From positions 1 through 62,035 of the forward strand of contig CAMKED010000001.1 of assembly GCA_946411475.1 (NCBI GenBank): a DNA stretch of 62,035 bases. Reading direction: 5' to 3'. The notes below the pieces were generated by a model. The model ran no database searches. It had not been told where the DNA came from and was given only the letters and a program-made list of their open reading frames with translations. The stretch comes from an uncultured Clostridia bacterium (GTDB taxonomy: Bacteria > Bacillota > Clostridia > Oscillospirales > Oscillospiraceae). Within the stretch, counting starts at the first letter, position 1. Every line of letters begins with the position of its first letter. Shown here piece by piece: positions 16,653 through 24,904 of the stretch. The position numbers were made by a program, and so were the translations under genes.

Positions 16653-17864
16653 ATGAAATCACATCGTCATTTGATCGTTTCCGCTGCCGCCGTGATTCTG
16701 GCTTTGCTGATGACGGGCAGCATGTGCCTGTCCGCCTTCGCGGAGAGCTCCAGTACCATCAAGGCGCGTATTGACGAGCTGAAGCGGCAGGAGGCGGCAA
16801 TCTCCGAGCAGAAGAAGGAAGCGCGCGAACAGCGTGAGGCCAACGAATCGGAGATCCTCGACCTCGTGGATCAAAAGAACGAGATCGATCAGCAGTTGAT
16901 GCTGACGCACAGCGCCATTGAAACGAAAAACGAGCTGATCCGCGAATACAATCTGCTGATTGCGGAAAAACAGAACGAGCTTGGCGACGCCATCTCGGCG
17001 CGCGATGCGCTCAACGAGCAGTATCGCCAGCGCATTCGCGCCATGGAAGAGAACGGGAAGCTGTCCTATTGGTCTATTCTCTTCCGGGCGAGCAGCTTTT
17101 CGGACCTGCTGGACCGCGTGGAGATGATCAATGAGATCGCCCGCGCCGACTCCAAAATGATCGAGCGGCTCCAGGAATCCGCCCAGCAGATCGAGGCGGT
17201 CCGGCAGGAGCTGGCCGCCGAGAAGGTGGAGATGGAGGAGGCCAAAGAGGCCCTGGCCGCCGAGGAAGCGGAAATGGAAACGCAGCGCGTCGAGGCGGAC
17301 AACCTGATGGCGGAGCTGATGGAAGACCACGAGAAGTATGCCGAGATTGAGAGCAAGTTTGAGGAAGAGCGCGAGGCTCTGCTGAAGCAGATCGCCGCCG
17401 AGCAGACCAAATACAAACAGGCGGTCGCTGCCGAATCTTCCGCCGGCTCCGTCAGCAGCGCAGGTCTGAGCTGGCCCTGTTCCGCCCGCGCGATCACCAG
17501 CCCGTTCGGTACCCGCCGCGACCCCTTCACCGGGGTTACCACAACCCACAGCGGCATTGACATCGGTGCAAGCTATGGCTCTCCCATCTACGCCTGCGCC
17601 TCCGGCACAGTGACCGCCGCCACCTATAACTCGATCTTTGGGTATCACGTGCGGATCAACCACGGCAACGGCTTCCTCACGCTCTACGGCCACATGATCC
17701 GTTACACGGTTCACGAAGGCCAGCAGGTGCAGCGCGGCGAGCTCATCGGTTACGTCGGCAGCACCGGCAAGTCTACGGCGCCGCATCTGCATCTGACGCT
17801 GTACTGCAACGGCTCCCTGGTCAATCCCCTGAACTATCTTCCGTCCGGCTGGTATTACGCCTGA
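16653..17864 (+). CDS. Coiled-coil M23 peptidoglycan metalloendopeptidase, tandem paralog
   Basis: 403 aa, collinear with the preceding gene (ESSSTIKARIDELKRQE...HSGIDIGASYGSPIYA...GSTGKSTAPHLHL). Confidence 0.85.
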   Translation: MKSHRHLIVSAAAVILALLMTGSMCLSAFAESSSTIKARIDELKRQEAAISEQKKEAREQREANESEILDLVDQKNEIDQQLMLTHSAIETKNELIREYNLLIAEKQNELGDAISARDALNEQYRQRIRAMEENGKLSYWSILFRASSFSDLLDRVEMINEIARADSKMIERLQESAQQIEAVRQELAAEKVEMEEAKEALAAEEAEMETQRVEADNLMAELMEDHEKYAEIESKFEEEREALLKQIAAEQTKYKQAVAAESSAGSVSSAGLSWPCSARAITSPFGTRRDPFTGVTTTHSGIDIGASYGSPIYACASGTVTAATYNSIFGYHVRINHGNGFLTLYGHMIRYTVHEGQQVQRGELIGYVGSTGKSTAPHLHLTLYCNGSLVNPLNYLPSGWYYA

Positions 17865-17879
17865 TCCTGCCGGGACTGC

Positions 17880-17905
17880 GATAGGACGAGCTCGCTCGTC
17901 CTATC
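17880..17905. repeat. Degenerate GTAGGGAC-type palindrome (GATAGGAC head)
   Basis: The sequence is GATAGGACGAGCtcGCTCGTCCTATC, directly downstream of the second M23 gene. Confidence 0.75.
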
Positions 17906-18109
17906 TTATACTATTATCCAATAAAACCATTTAATATCTTTGCGGCCAGATTTGTGCCATACATCGTTGTCGTCCTTGCCGGGCGTCAAGCCCGCCTGCG
18001 TCCTCCGTCTCGTCTGACGCAAATCTGCCTCGCAAATCTTTTTAAAGCGTTTTATCGGATAATAGTATTACTATTACAGGAAAAATTACAGGAAAACGAG
18101 GATACAAAA

Positions 18110-19390
18110 ATGGACCCTATCAACAACAATTCCGAGTTTCGCACGCAGCCTCCCGTGCAGGTGGTGACGAAGACCCGCGTCTGGCCAATCATTCTGGCAG
18201 CCCTGCTTGCCGCGATCGCGACGTTTACCGGCTGCTTTTTCGTCTTTTTTGCCGAACGGATGAATGCGCCGAAAACGCAGAAACCGTCGGAAGAAGCCGA
18301 AGGGACGTCCGCCTGGGAGCACAAGCTCTCCCAGATCCAGGAACTGGTCGATACGTATTTCATCGGCGAGTTGGACGAGGAGAAGCTGGCCGATGCGGCC
18401 GCTGCGGGTATGATCGAAGGGTTGGACGATGAGTGGAGCTACTATATCTCCGCTGCGGATTACGCCTCCTATCAGGAGACCGTCACCAATTCCTACGTCG
18501 GGATCGGCGTTACCATCACGGCTGAGAACGTAAAAAAGGGTCTGCGTATCATCGACGTGACGCCGGACAGCCCCGCCTATGCCGCGGGACTGGAGATCGG
18601 CGATTTGATCCTTGCCGTAGAAGGCACGCCGGTCCTGGACGGCTCCGAGGGCGCTCTGGACCTGGCGGAGACCAAAGATCGCGTCCGCGGCAAGGAGGGC
18701 ACCAGCGTGACCCTCACGATCTCCCATGAGGAGACGACGCGGGACGTGATCATCACGCGCGCCCGCATCAAAACCGTCAACGTCTCTTGGGAGATGTTGG
18801 ACGGGAAGCTTGCGCTGATCCGGATCCGCAACTTTGAGCAGGACGCCGCAACGGACGCCATTTCCGCCATCGAGGCTGCCAAAGCGCAGGGCGCCGTCGG
18901 CCTGATCTTCGACGTGCGCTACAATCCCGGCGGATACAAGCATGAGCTTGTGAAGCTGCTGGACTACCTGCTGCCGAAGGGCCCGTTGTTCCGCAGCGTG
19001 GACTACAACGGCAAGGAAAACGTGGACTACTCCGACGCCTCGTTCCTGGATATGCCCATGGTCGTGCTGTGCAACTATGAATCCTATTCCGCCGCAGAGT
19101 TTTTCCCGGCTGCGCTGCAGGAATATCACGCCGCAACCATCATCGGCGAGCAAACCTACGGCAAGGGCCGCTTCCAGACCTCCATGAAGCTGGACGACGG
19201 CTCCGCCATCAACATCTCGATCGGCCAGTATACCACGCCCAACGGCGTCAGCCTGGTCGGCAAGGGGATCACACCCGATATTATCGTGGAGCTGAGCGAC
19301 GAGCAGAAGAAGGAGCTTTACTACAACCTTCTGGACAAGGCAGACGACGCGCAGCTGCAAAAGGCCATCGAGGTGCTGACGAATCCGTAG
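18110..19390 (+). CDS. S41 family C-terminal processing peptidase (CtpA/CtpB-like)
   Basis: Internal ATG at 18110. The protein has a TM anchor, a PDZ domain (GIGVTI...GLRIIDVTPDSPAYAAGLEIGDLILAVEG) and an S41 core (...DVRYNPGG...SYSAAEFF...GEQTYGKG). Confidence 0.88.
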   Translation: MDPINNNSEFRTQPPVQVVTKTRVWPIILAALLAAIATFTGCFFVFFAERMNAPKTQKPSEEAEGTSAWEHKLSQIQELVDTYFIGELDEEKLADAAAAGMIEGLDDEWSYYISAADYASYQETVTNSYVGIGVTITAENVKKGLRIIDVTPDSPAYAAGLEIGDLILAVEGTPVLDGSEGALDLAETKDRVRGKEGTSVTLTISHEETTRDVIITRARIKTVNVSWEMLDGKLALIRIRNFEQDAATDAISAIEAAKAQGAVGLIFDVRYNPGGYKHELVKLLDYLLPKGPLFRSVDYNGKENVDYSDASFLDMPMVVLCNYESYSAAEFFPAALQEYHAATIIGEQTYGKGRFQTSMKLDDGSAINISIGQYTTPNGVSLVGKGITPDIIVELSDEQKKELYYNLLDKADDAQLQKAIEVLTNP

Positions 19391-19475
19391 GGCTGTAGGG
19401 ACGGCACCCTGCCGTCCGTGGTTCAGAGTTCAGGGTTCCGGGTTCAGAGCCCGCAGCGCGGGCAATCTGCCCGCC
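19387..19475. repeat. GTAG heads, GTAGGGAC palindrome, TCAGRGT stutter, GCGGGCAATCTGCCCGC hairpin
   Basis: The sequence is cCGTAGggctGTAGGGACGGCAcccTGCCGTCC, then gtggttcagagttcagggttccgggttcagag, then gcgggcaatctgcccgcc. The stop TAG of the S41 gene (19388-19390) is part of the first GTAG. Confidence 0.85.
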
Positions 19476-19624
19476 CGGTTTGCCGGAGGAAAACAATCAG
19501 ATAACAGATAATCGTTTCGGTATTGCTGCGCGATGAATTGTAGTTCTATTTGCCAATTCGTTGAATTGGAAAAAAACGACAATTCTCAATTCTCACCGCT
19601 CAATTCTAAATACAGGAGCTGTCA

Positions 19625-20239
19625 ATGGAATTAGATCACCAAACAAAACAAACCCTCGCAGAAGTCTCCGCGCTGTTGGTCGCTCACCCAATCGAGACGC
19701 CCCGGCTGCTGCTGCGGCCCTTTCGGCCGTCCGACTTGGAAGATCTGTACGAATACCTCGCCCAAAAGGAACAGCAGCGCCTGTCCGGGAATCCACCCTG
19801 CGATTCCGTTGACGACGCCAAAATGCGACTGGATTATATCCTGCGCGCGGACCATCCGCAGGCGTATTTTGCCATCGTCCTCAAAGTGGAGGAGAAGGTG
19901 ATCGGCAATCTCACGGTTCATCAATACCCCTTTCTGGATTCCGATGAGACCCTGCGGGCGCTCCGGGGCGTGACGCTCTCCTACGTCCTCAACGAGCGCT
20001 GCTGGCGGCGGGGCCTGATGACCGAGCTGCTGCGGGCAGTCTATTCCTTCCTGTTTGAGCAGGCCAAGCTGGACTATATCCAATCCGGCTATTTCGACTT
20101 CAACGAGGCCTCCGGCGGCCTGCAGCGCAAGCTCGGAATGCGCCTTTGGACGGAGGCGTCGTTTGATATGGATGGCGTCGAGTATAAGACCAAAGAAATG
20201 ATCCTGTTCCGGGAAGAATTTGAGGCAGGAAACAGTTGA
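19625..20239 (+). CDS. GNAT family N-acetyltransferase (RimJ/RimL-like)
   Basis: 204 aa. It carries ...IETPRLLLRPFRPSDLEDLYEYL... and ...WRRGLMTELLRAV..., typical of Acetyltransf_3 proteins. Confidence 0.8.
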   Translation: MELDHQTKQTLAEVSALLVAHPIETPRLLLRPFRPSDLEDLYEYLAQKEQQRLSGNPPCDSVDDAKMRLDYILRADHPQAYFAIVLKVEEKVIGNLTVHQYPFLDSDETLRALRGVTLSYVLNERCWRRGLMTELLRAVYSFLFEQAKLDYIQSGYFDFNEASGGLQRKLGMRLWTEASFDMDGVEYKTKEMILFREEFEAGNS

Positions 20240-20307
20240 CAAACGGAAATCCGCCCTGTATAATATAGCGACGCAAAAGTAAAATGTGTCAGAAAGGCGG
20301 GACCGAC

Positions 20308-20796
20308 ATGGCGAAGGAATTCAAAATCACAAGCATCCGGCTCAAAGAACTGGAAGAGGAACTGAAATACCTCAAAACGACCCGGGAAAAGGAAGTCGCG
20401 GAGCATCTGAAGGAAGCACGCTCCTTCGGCGACCTGTCGGAGAACAGCGAATACGATGAGGCGAAAAACGAGCAAGCACAGCTCTACGGCCGCATCGCAG
20501 AGGTGGAGAATATTCTGGCCAATGCCGTCATCATTGACGACGGCCTGGACGGCGTGGAGGAATCCAGCATCGGCCGTGTCGGCCTGGGATGCACCGTGAA
20601 GGTCCGCGACCTGGAGCTTGACGAAGAGGACATCTACGCGATCGTCGGCTCTCAGGAGGCAGATCCCAAGAATTACCGGATCTCCGATGATTCTCCCTTC
20701 GGCCGCGCCATGCTGGGCAAAACAGTCGGCGACGTCGTCACCGTTGAAGCCCCTGCCGGTACCATCCAGTTCGAGATCCTTTCTGTCGAGAAATAA
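20308..20796 (+). CDS. greA: Transcription elongation factor GreA
   Basis: Internal ATG at 20308. The translation is MAKEFKITSIRLKELEEELKYLKTTREKEVAEHLKEARSFGDLSENSEYDEAK... Confidence 0.93.
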   Translation: MAKEFKITSIRLKELEEELKYLKTTREKEVAEHLKEARSFGDLSENSEYDEAKNEQAQLYGRIAEVENILANAVIIDDGLDGVEESSIGRVGLGCTVKVRDLELDEEDIYAIVGSQEADPKNYRISDDSPFGRAMLGKTVGDVVTVEAPAGTIQFEILSVEK

Positions 20797-20799
20797 TCC

Positions 20800-21014
20800 G
20801 TAGGGGCGCACAGTGTGCGCCACGGGAGGAAGTGCGTTATCGAGACACCACCTCATCCGTCATCGGGCTTCCGTGAGACGCCCGCTGCCACCAGCGCTTA
20901 ATGTTGCCAGTTGCGTCAGCATAGCTGCCGCACTGGCGATGAAATCCACAACAGTCCCCCGGACTGTTGTGTCCCCTCAAGGGGAAGGCTTTGTAGGGGC
21001 GCACAGTGTGCGCC
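20800..21014. repeat. Mosaic block between greA and lysS
   Basis: GTAGGGGCGCACAGTGTGCGCC occurs at 20800 and again at 20993 (direct). ccacctcatccgtcatcgggcttccgtgagacgcccgctgccacc lies at 20848-20892, the hairpin CACAACAGTCCcccGGACTGTTGTG at 20947-20971, and CCCCTCAAGGGGAAGG at 20972-20989. Confidence 0.9.
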
Positions 21015-21074
21015 ATGTGAAAACATATCAGGCGGCCGGAACTCCGGCCGCCGTATCATATAGGAGGAAGCCCT

Positions 21075-23084
21075 ATGGCAAAGTTTCAACCGCAAGCCGA
21101 ACTGCCCCTGGTGGACCAGGTTCGCGTCCGGCATGAGAAGCTGCAGGCCTTGCAGCAGGAGGGGAGAGACCCCTTCCAGATCACAAAGTTTGACGTGACC
21201 CACCATGCGCAGGAGCTCAAGGACCGTTTTTCGGAAATGGAAGAGCAGACGGTCCGTCTGGCCGGCCGCATCATGTCCAAGCGCGGCATGGGCAAGGCCA
21301 TCTTTGCCGATTTACAGGACCGTTCCGGCCGCGTGCAGATTTATATCAAGGTGGACGAGATGGGCGAGGAAGCCTTTGCCGACTGCCGCAAGCTGGACGT
21401 CGGCGATATCGTCGGCGTCGAGGGCCCCGTCTTCAAGACCGAGCGCGGAGAGATCTCCGTCCGCACCCGCAGCGTCACCCTGCTGTCCAAGTCTCTGCTG
21501 CCCCTGCCCGAGAAGTACCACGGCCTCCAGGATAAGGAGCTGCGTTTCCGCCAGCGTTATCTGGATTTGATCGTCAATCCCGACGTGCAGGAGAATTTCC
21601 GCATCCGTTCCCGCTTCATCAGTTTCATGCGTCGCTATCTGGACGAGCAGGGCTACATTGAGGTGGAAACGCCCGTCCTGAATACCATTTCCGGCGGCGC
21701 TTCCGCCCGTCCCTTTGTGACCCACCACAATACGCTGGACATTGATATGTATATGCGCATTGCCACCGAGCTGCCGCTCAAGCGGCTGATCGTGGGCGGC
21801 ATGGAGCGGGTCTATGAGATCGGCCGCATCTTCCGCAACGAGGGCATGGACCCCAAGCACAACCCCGAGTTCACTTCCGTGGAGCTGTATGAGGCCTATG
21901 CCGATTTCCATCGGATGATGGACATTGCCGAGGGCATTCTCTCCGGCGCTGCGAAGGAGATCCTGGGCAGCTACAAGCTCTCCTGGATGGGCTATGACAT
22001 CGACCTGACCCCCGGCTGGCCCCGCCTGACCATGATCGAGGCAGTCAAGCGTTACGTTGGCATTGATTTCGGCGCGATCTCCGACGACGCCGAGGCAGTT
22101 GCCGCGGCCAAGGCGGTCGGCGTAGAACTGAACGCGGCTGCCGAGCCCACCTGGGGCAACGCCCTGTATGCCTGCTTCGACCAGAAGGTCGAGGAACAGC
22201 TCATTCAGCCCACCTTCATCACCATGTACCCGGTTGAGGTCAGCCCGCTGACCAAGCGCAGCCCCGCTGATCCCCGGCTGACGGAGCGCTTTGAGTTCTT
22301 CATCGCGCACTCCGAGATGGGCAACGCCTATTCCGAGCTCAACGACCCGATCGACCAGCGCGGCCGTTTCATGAAGCAGATGGAGCAGCGCGAGCGCGGC
22401 GACGACGAGGCCGAGATGATCGACGAAGACTTCCTGAACGCCTTGGAGTACGGCATGCCCCCCACGGGCGGCATGGGCATCGGCGTGGACCGCTGCGTCA
22501 TGCTCCTGTGCGGCGTGGACACCATCCGCGAGGTTATCCTCTTCCCGACGATGAAGCCGACGGACAAGGAGAAACCCGAGACCAAGATTGAAGGGAAGCC
22601 GGAAGAACTGCCGGCGGATTTCGAATGCGCCTGCAATACCTGCCCCTCTCAGGAGGCCTGCAAGGCTGCGCAGGAAGCGGCATCGGCAGCCACCGTCGAA
22701 GAAAAGATCGACTTCTCCAACGTCGTGATCGAGCCATTGTTCCAGGATACGGTCGACTTCGAGACCTTCTCCAAGAGCGATTTCCGTGCGGTCAAGGTCC
22801 TGGCCTGCGAGGCTGTCAAGAAGTCCAAGAAGCTGCTCAAGTTTACCCTCGACGACGGCACCGGTACGCCCCGGACGATCCTCTCCGGCATCCACGCCTA
22901 TTATGAGCCCGAGCAGCTCATCGGCAAGACCTGTATCGCCATCACGAACCTGCCGCCCCGTCCCATGATGGGCATCGAATCCTGCGGTATGCTGATCAGC
23001 GCCGTTCATAAGGAAGGCGAAGAAGAAAAGCTCCACCTTCTGATGGTCGATCCTCACATTCCGGCAGGCGCTAAGCTGTGTTAA
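21075..23084 (+). CDS. lysS: Lysine--tRNA ligase (class II) fused to a C-terminal OB-fold tRNA-binding domain
   Basis: 669 aa. The LysRS core runs to about aa 495 (...GMGIGVDRCVMLLCGVDTIREVILFPTMKP). A ~60-aa linker with a CxCxxCx5C cluster follows. The C-terminus is a Trbp111/CsaA/MetG-C type domain (DFRAVKVLACEAVKKSKKLLKFTLDDGTG.RTILSGI...GKTCIAITNLPPRPMMGIESCGMLISA). Confidence 0.93.
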   Translation: MAKFQPQAELPLVDQVRVRHEKLQALQQEGRDPFQITKFDVTHHAQELKDRFSEMEEQTVRLAGRIMSKRGMGKAIFADLQDRSGRVQIYIKVDEMGEEAFADCRKLDVGDIVGVEGPVFKTERGEISVRTRSVTLLSKSLLPLPEKYHGLQDKELRFRQRYLDLIVNPDVQENFRIRSRFISFMRRYLDEQGYIEVETPVLNTISGGASARPFVTHHNTLDIDMYMRIATELPLKRLIVGGMERVYEIGRIFRNEGMDPKHNPEFTSVELYEAYADFHRMMDIAEGILSGAAKEILGSYKLSWMGYDIDLTPGWPRLTMIEAVKRYVGIDFGAISDDAEAVAAAKAVGVELNAAAEPTWGNALYACFDQKVEEQLIQPTFITMYPVEVSPLTKRSPADPRLTERFEFFIAHSEMGNAYSELNDPIDQRGRFMKQMEQRERGDDEAEMIDEDFLNALEYGMPPTGGMGIGVDRCVMLLCGVDTIREVILFPTMKPTDKEKPETKIEGKPEELPADFECACNTCPSQEACKAAQEAASAATVEEKIDFSNVVIEPLFQDTVDFETFSKSDFRAVKVLACEAVKKSKKLLKFTLDDGTGTPRTILSGIHAYYEPEQLIGKTCIAITNLPPRPMMGIESCGMLISAVHKEGEEEKLHLLMVDPHIPAGAKLC

Positions 23085-23134
23085 ATACAGCATTTTGCTG
23101 CTGCGCTTTTGACGGGAGTACGGGAGGTATGGGA

Positions 23135-23635
23135 ATGGAACACATGTATAAAGACGTTCAAATCAAGCCAGTCTGTGAGAGCGATGCATATTTTTTGCAT
23201 TTATTGATGAATGATCCTCCCGTCTTACAACGCTTGAACGAAGTTCCAACTCAGCAGCAAAACTGGATAGACGCGATCAACGAATGGTCTTGCGACGATG
23301 ATGAGGAGGATTATCTCATCTTTGATGGAAACACCCGAATCGGCTGGCTTGGAGTAAATGGGCTCCTTGGCGAGGACAAAGCAGCGTACTTAAAAATGGC
23401 GGTACTGCTTCCCAATTATCAGGGACACGGATTTGGCACTTTCGCAATTCGGGAATTGATGCGCCGCTTGAAGCACAGAGGATTTGAAAAGATTGTCCTG
23501 TATACAGACAGCGATAATGATCAAGCACAAGCCTGCTACCAAAAGTGCGGTTTCCGGGTCGTAGAATCACTCGTGGAAACGATGTCAAATGGAATGGCGG
23601 TTTCAAGATTCAAAATGGAAGCTTGCTTGCTGTAA
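23135..23635 (+). CDS. GNAT family N-acetyltransferase (visibly lower G+C)
   Basis: The ATG at 23135 follows gggagg. The translation ...AVLLPNYQGHGFGTFAIRELMRRLKHRGFEKIVLYTDSDNDQAQACYQKCGFRVV matches acetyl-CoA binding motif A. Base composition is clearly more AT-rich than in the neighbours. Confidence 0.75.
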   Translation: MEHMYKDVQIKPVCESDAYFLHLLMNDPPVLQRLNEVPTQQQNWIDAINEWSCDDDEEDYLIFDGNTRIGWLGVNGLLGEDKAAYLKMAVLLPNYQGHGFGTFAIRELMRRLKHRGFEKIVLYTDSDNDQAQACYQKCGFRVVESLVETMSNGMAVSRFKMEACLL

Positions 23636-23658
23636 TTGTGCGCCATCTATCGCGTCGT

Positions 23659-23715
23659 ATGATTCATCAACTGTTGGTTAAGCCCGGCACCCCGGCTGGC
23701 GCAAAGCTGTATTGA
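23659..23715 (+). pseudogene. Relic of a tRNA-binding-domain 3' end (lysS C-terminus-like)
   Basis: atgattcatcaactgttggttaagcccggcaccccggctggcgcaaagctgtattga translates to MIHQLLVKPGTPAGAKLY*. The lysS end reads KLHLLMVDPHIPAGAKLC* (23030-23084). Confidence 0.45.
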
Positions 23716-23907
23716 TCCGTTCAGTTATGTAAACTGTTTTTGTTGCTGCGAGCCCATTGATCTGCACAGTGGGCTCGCAGTATCCGTATCAGTCCGGAAA
23801 AAGCAAAGTTCTGCAAAGTTTTCAGTTGAAAAACGCAGGTCAATTATGATACAATAGCAGAAGAAACCGAAAGGGCAAAATCCATTGGACTGATACAGGA
23901 GGTTGCT

Positions 23908-24837
23908 ATGGAACAGAAAAAGAGACTTGTGACACGCAGTGATTTTGACGGCCTGGCCTGCGCGATGATGCTCCGCGAGCTCAATATCATCGACGAGATC
24001 AAGTTCGTTCACCCCAAGGACGTTCAGGACGGCAAGGTTGAACTGTCTTCCAACGATATTACGACCAATCTGCCCTATGATCCGCGCGTTTCCCTGGCCT
24101 TCGACCATCACGAATCCGAAATCGACCGTCTGAAGGCCAAGGAAGTCGGTGGCCAGTTGATCATCGATCCCCATGCCCGCAGCGCGGCCCGCGTGGTCTA
24201 TGACTACTACGGCGGCAAGAAGACCTTTGCGAGAATCAGCGAGGAGCTGATGACCGCGGTGGACAAGGGCGACAGTGCGGATTTCACGCTGGACGAGGTC
24301 CTGCATCCCGACGGCTGGGTGCTGCTGCATTATCTGATGGATCCGCGCACCGGACTTGGCCGCTTCCGCAATTTCCGCATTTCCAACTATGATCTGATGA
24401 TGGAACTGATCGGCTACTGTATGGATCATTCGATCGATGAAATTCTGGCCCACCCGGACGTGCAGGAGCGCGTCGTGCTCTACCGCGAGCAGGCGGCACT
24501 GTTTGAGGAACAGCTCAAGCGGATCGCCAAGATCTACGGGAAGGTCGTGGTTCTCGACCTGCGCGAGGAGGAGATCATCCACGCCGGCAACCGCTTTATG
24601 ATCTACGCTCTCTATCCCGAGACGCAGATCTCGGTTCATGTGGCCTGGGGCTTCCGCAAGCAGAACACGGCCGTCATGATCGGCAAGTCGATCTTCAACA
24701 AGGCCTCTCAGGTCGATATCGGTGAGCTTTGCCTGCGCTACGGCGGCGGCGGACACCGCAACGCCGGCACCTGCCAGCTCGACAATGACGTGGTCGACAA
24801 AGAGCTTCCCAACATCATCGAGGCGCTCAACGCCTGA
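23908..24837 (+). CDS. DHH-family phosphoesterase-like protein
   Basis: 309 aa. It shows ...LVTRSDFDGLACAMML..., ...AFDHHES... (DHH motif) and C-terminal GGGGHRNAGTCQL. Confidence 0.7.
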   Translation: MEQKKRLVTRSDFDGLACAMMLRELNIIDEIKFVHPKDVQDGKVELSSNDITTNLPYDPRVSLAFDHHESEIDRLKAKEVGGQLIIDPHARSAARVVYDYYGGKKTFARISEELMTAVDKGDSADFTLDEVLHPDGWVLLHYLMDPRTGLGRFRNFRISNYDLMMELIGYCMDHSIDEILAHPDVQERVVLYREQAALFEEQLKRIAKIYGKVVVLDLREEEIIHAGNRFMIYALYPETQISVHVAWGFRKQNTAVMIGKSIFNKASQVDIGELCLRYGGGGHRNAGTCQLDNDVVDKELPNIIEALNA

Positions 24838-24850
24838 TCAGAAATCATAA

Positions 24851-24892
24851 GCGCCGGTTCCCTGTGTGCAACGCACAGGGGACCGGCGCTTT
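24851..24892. terminator. Bidirectional hairpin between convergent genes
   Basis: GCGCCGGTTCCCTGTGtgcaaCGCACAGGGGACCGGCGC (one bulge/mismatch) is followed by tt. Confidence 0.6.
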
Positions 24893-24904
24893 GTCAGACT
24901 TGGA

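Noticed and set aside
14368-19360. A series of 370-430-aa minus-strand ORFs (14368..15480, 15284..16567, 16659..17792, 18086..19360).
   Set aside because: All are antisense to the ftsX, M23, M23 and S41 genes, and their translations are repetitive and low-complexity.
20797-21074. A possible T-box or other leader RNA upstream of lysS.
   Set aside because: The 278-bp spacer is fully accounted for by dispersed repeat units also found at unrelated loci. No T-box sequence (AGAGA/specifier/T-box 14-mer) or antiterminator-terminator pair could be read.
21312-23093. A 593-aa ORF on the minus strand.
   Set aside because: It is antisense to lysS. It is a shadow ORF.
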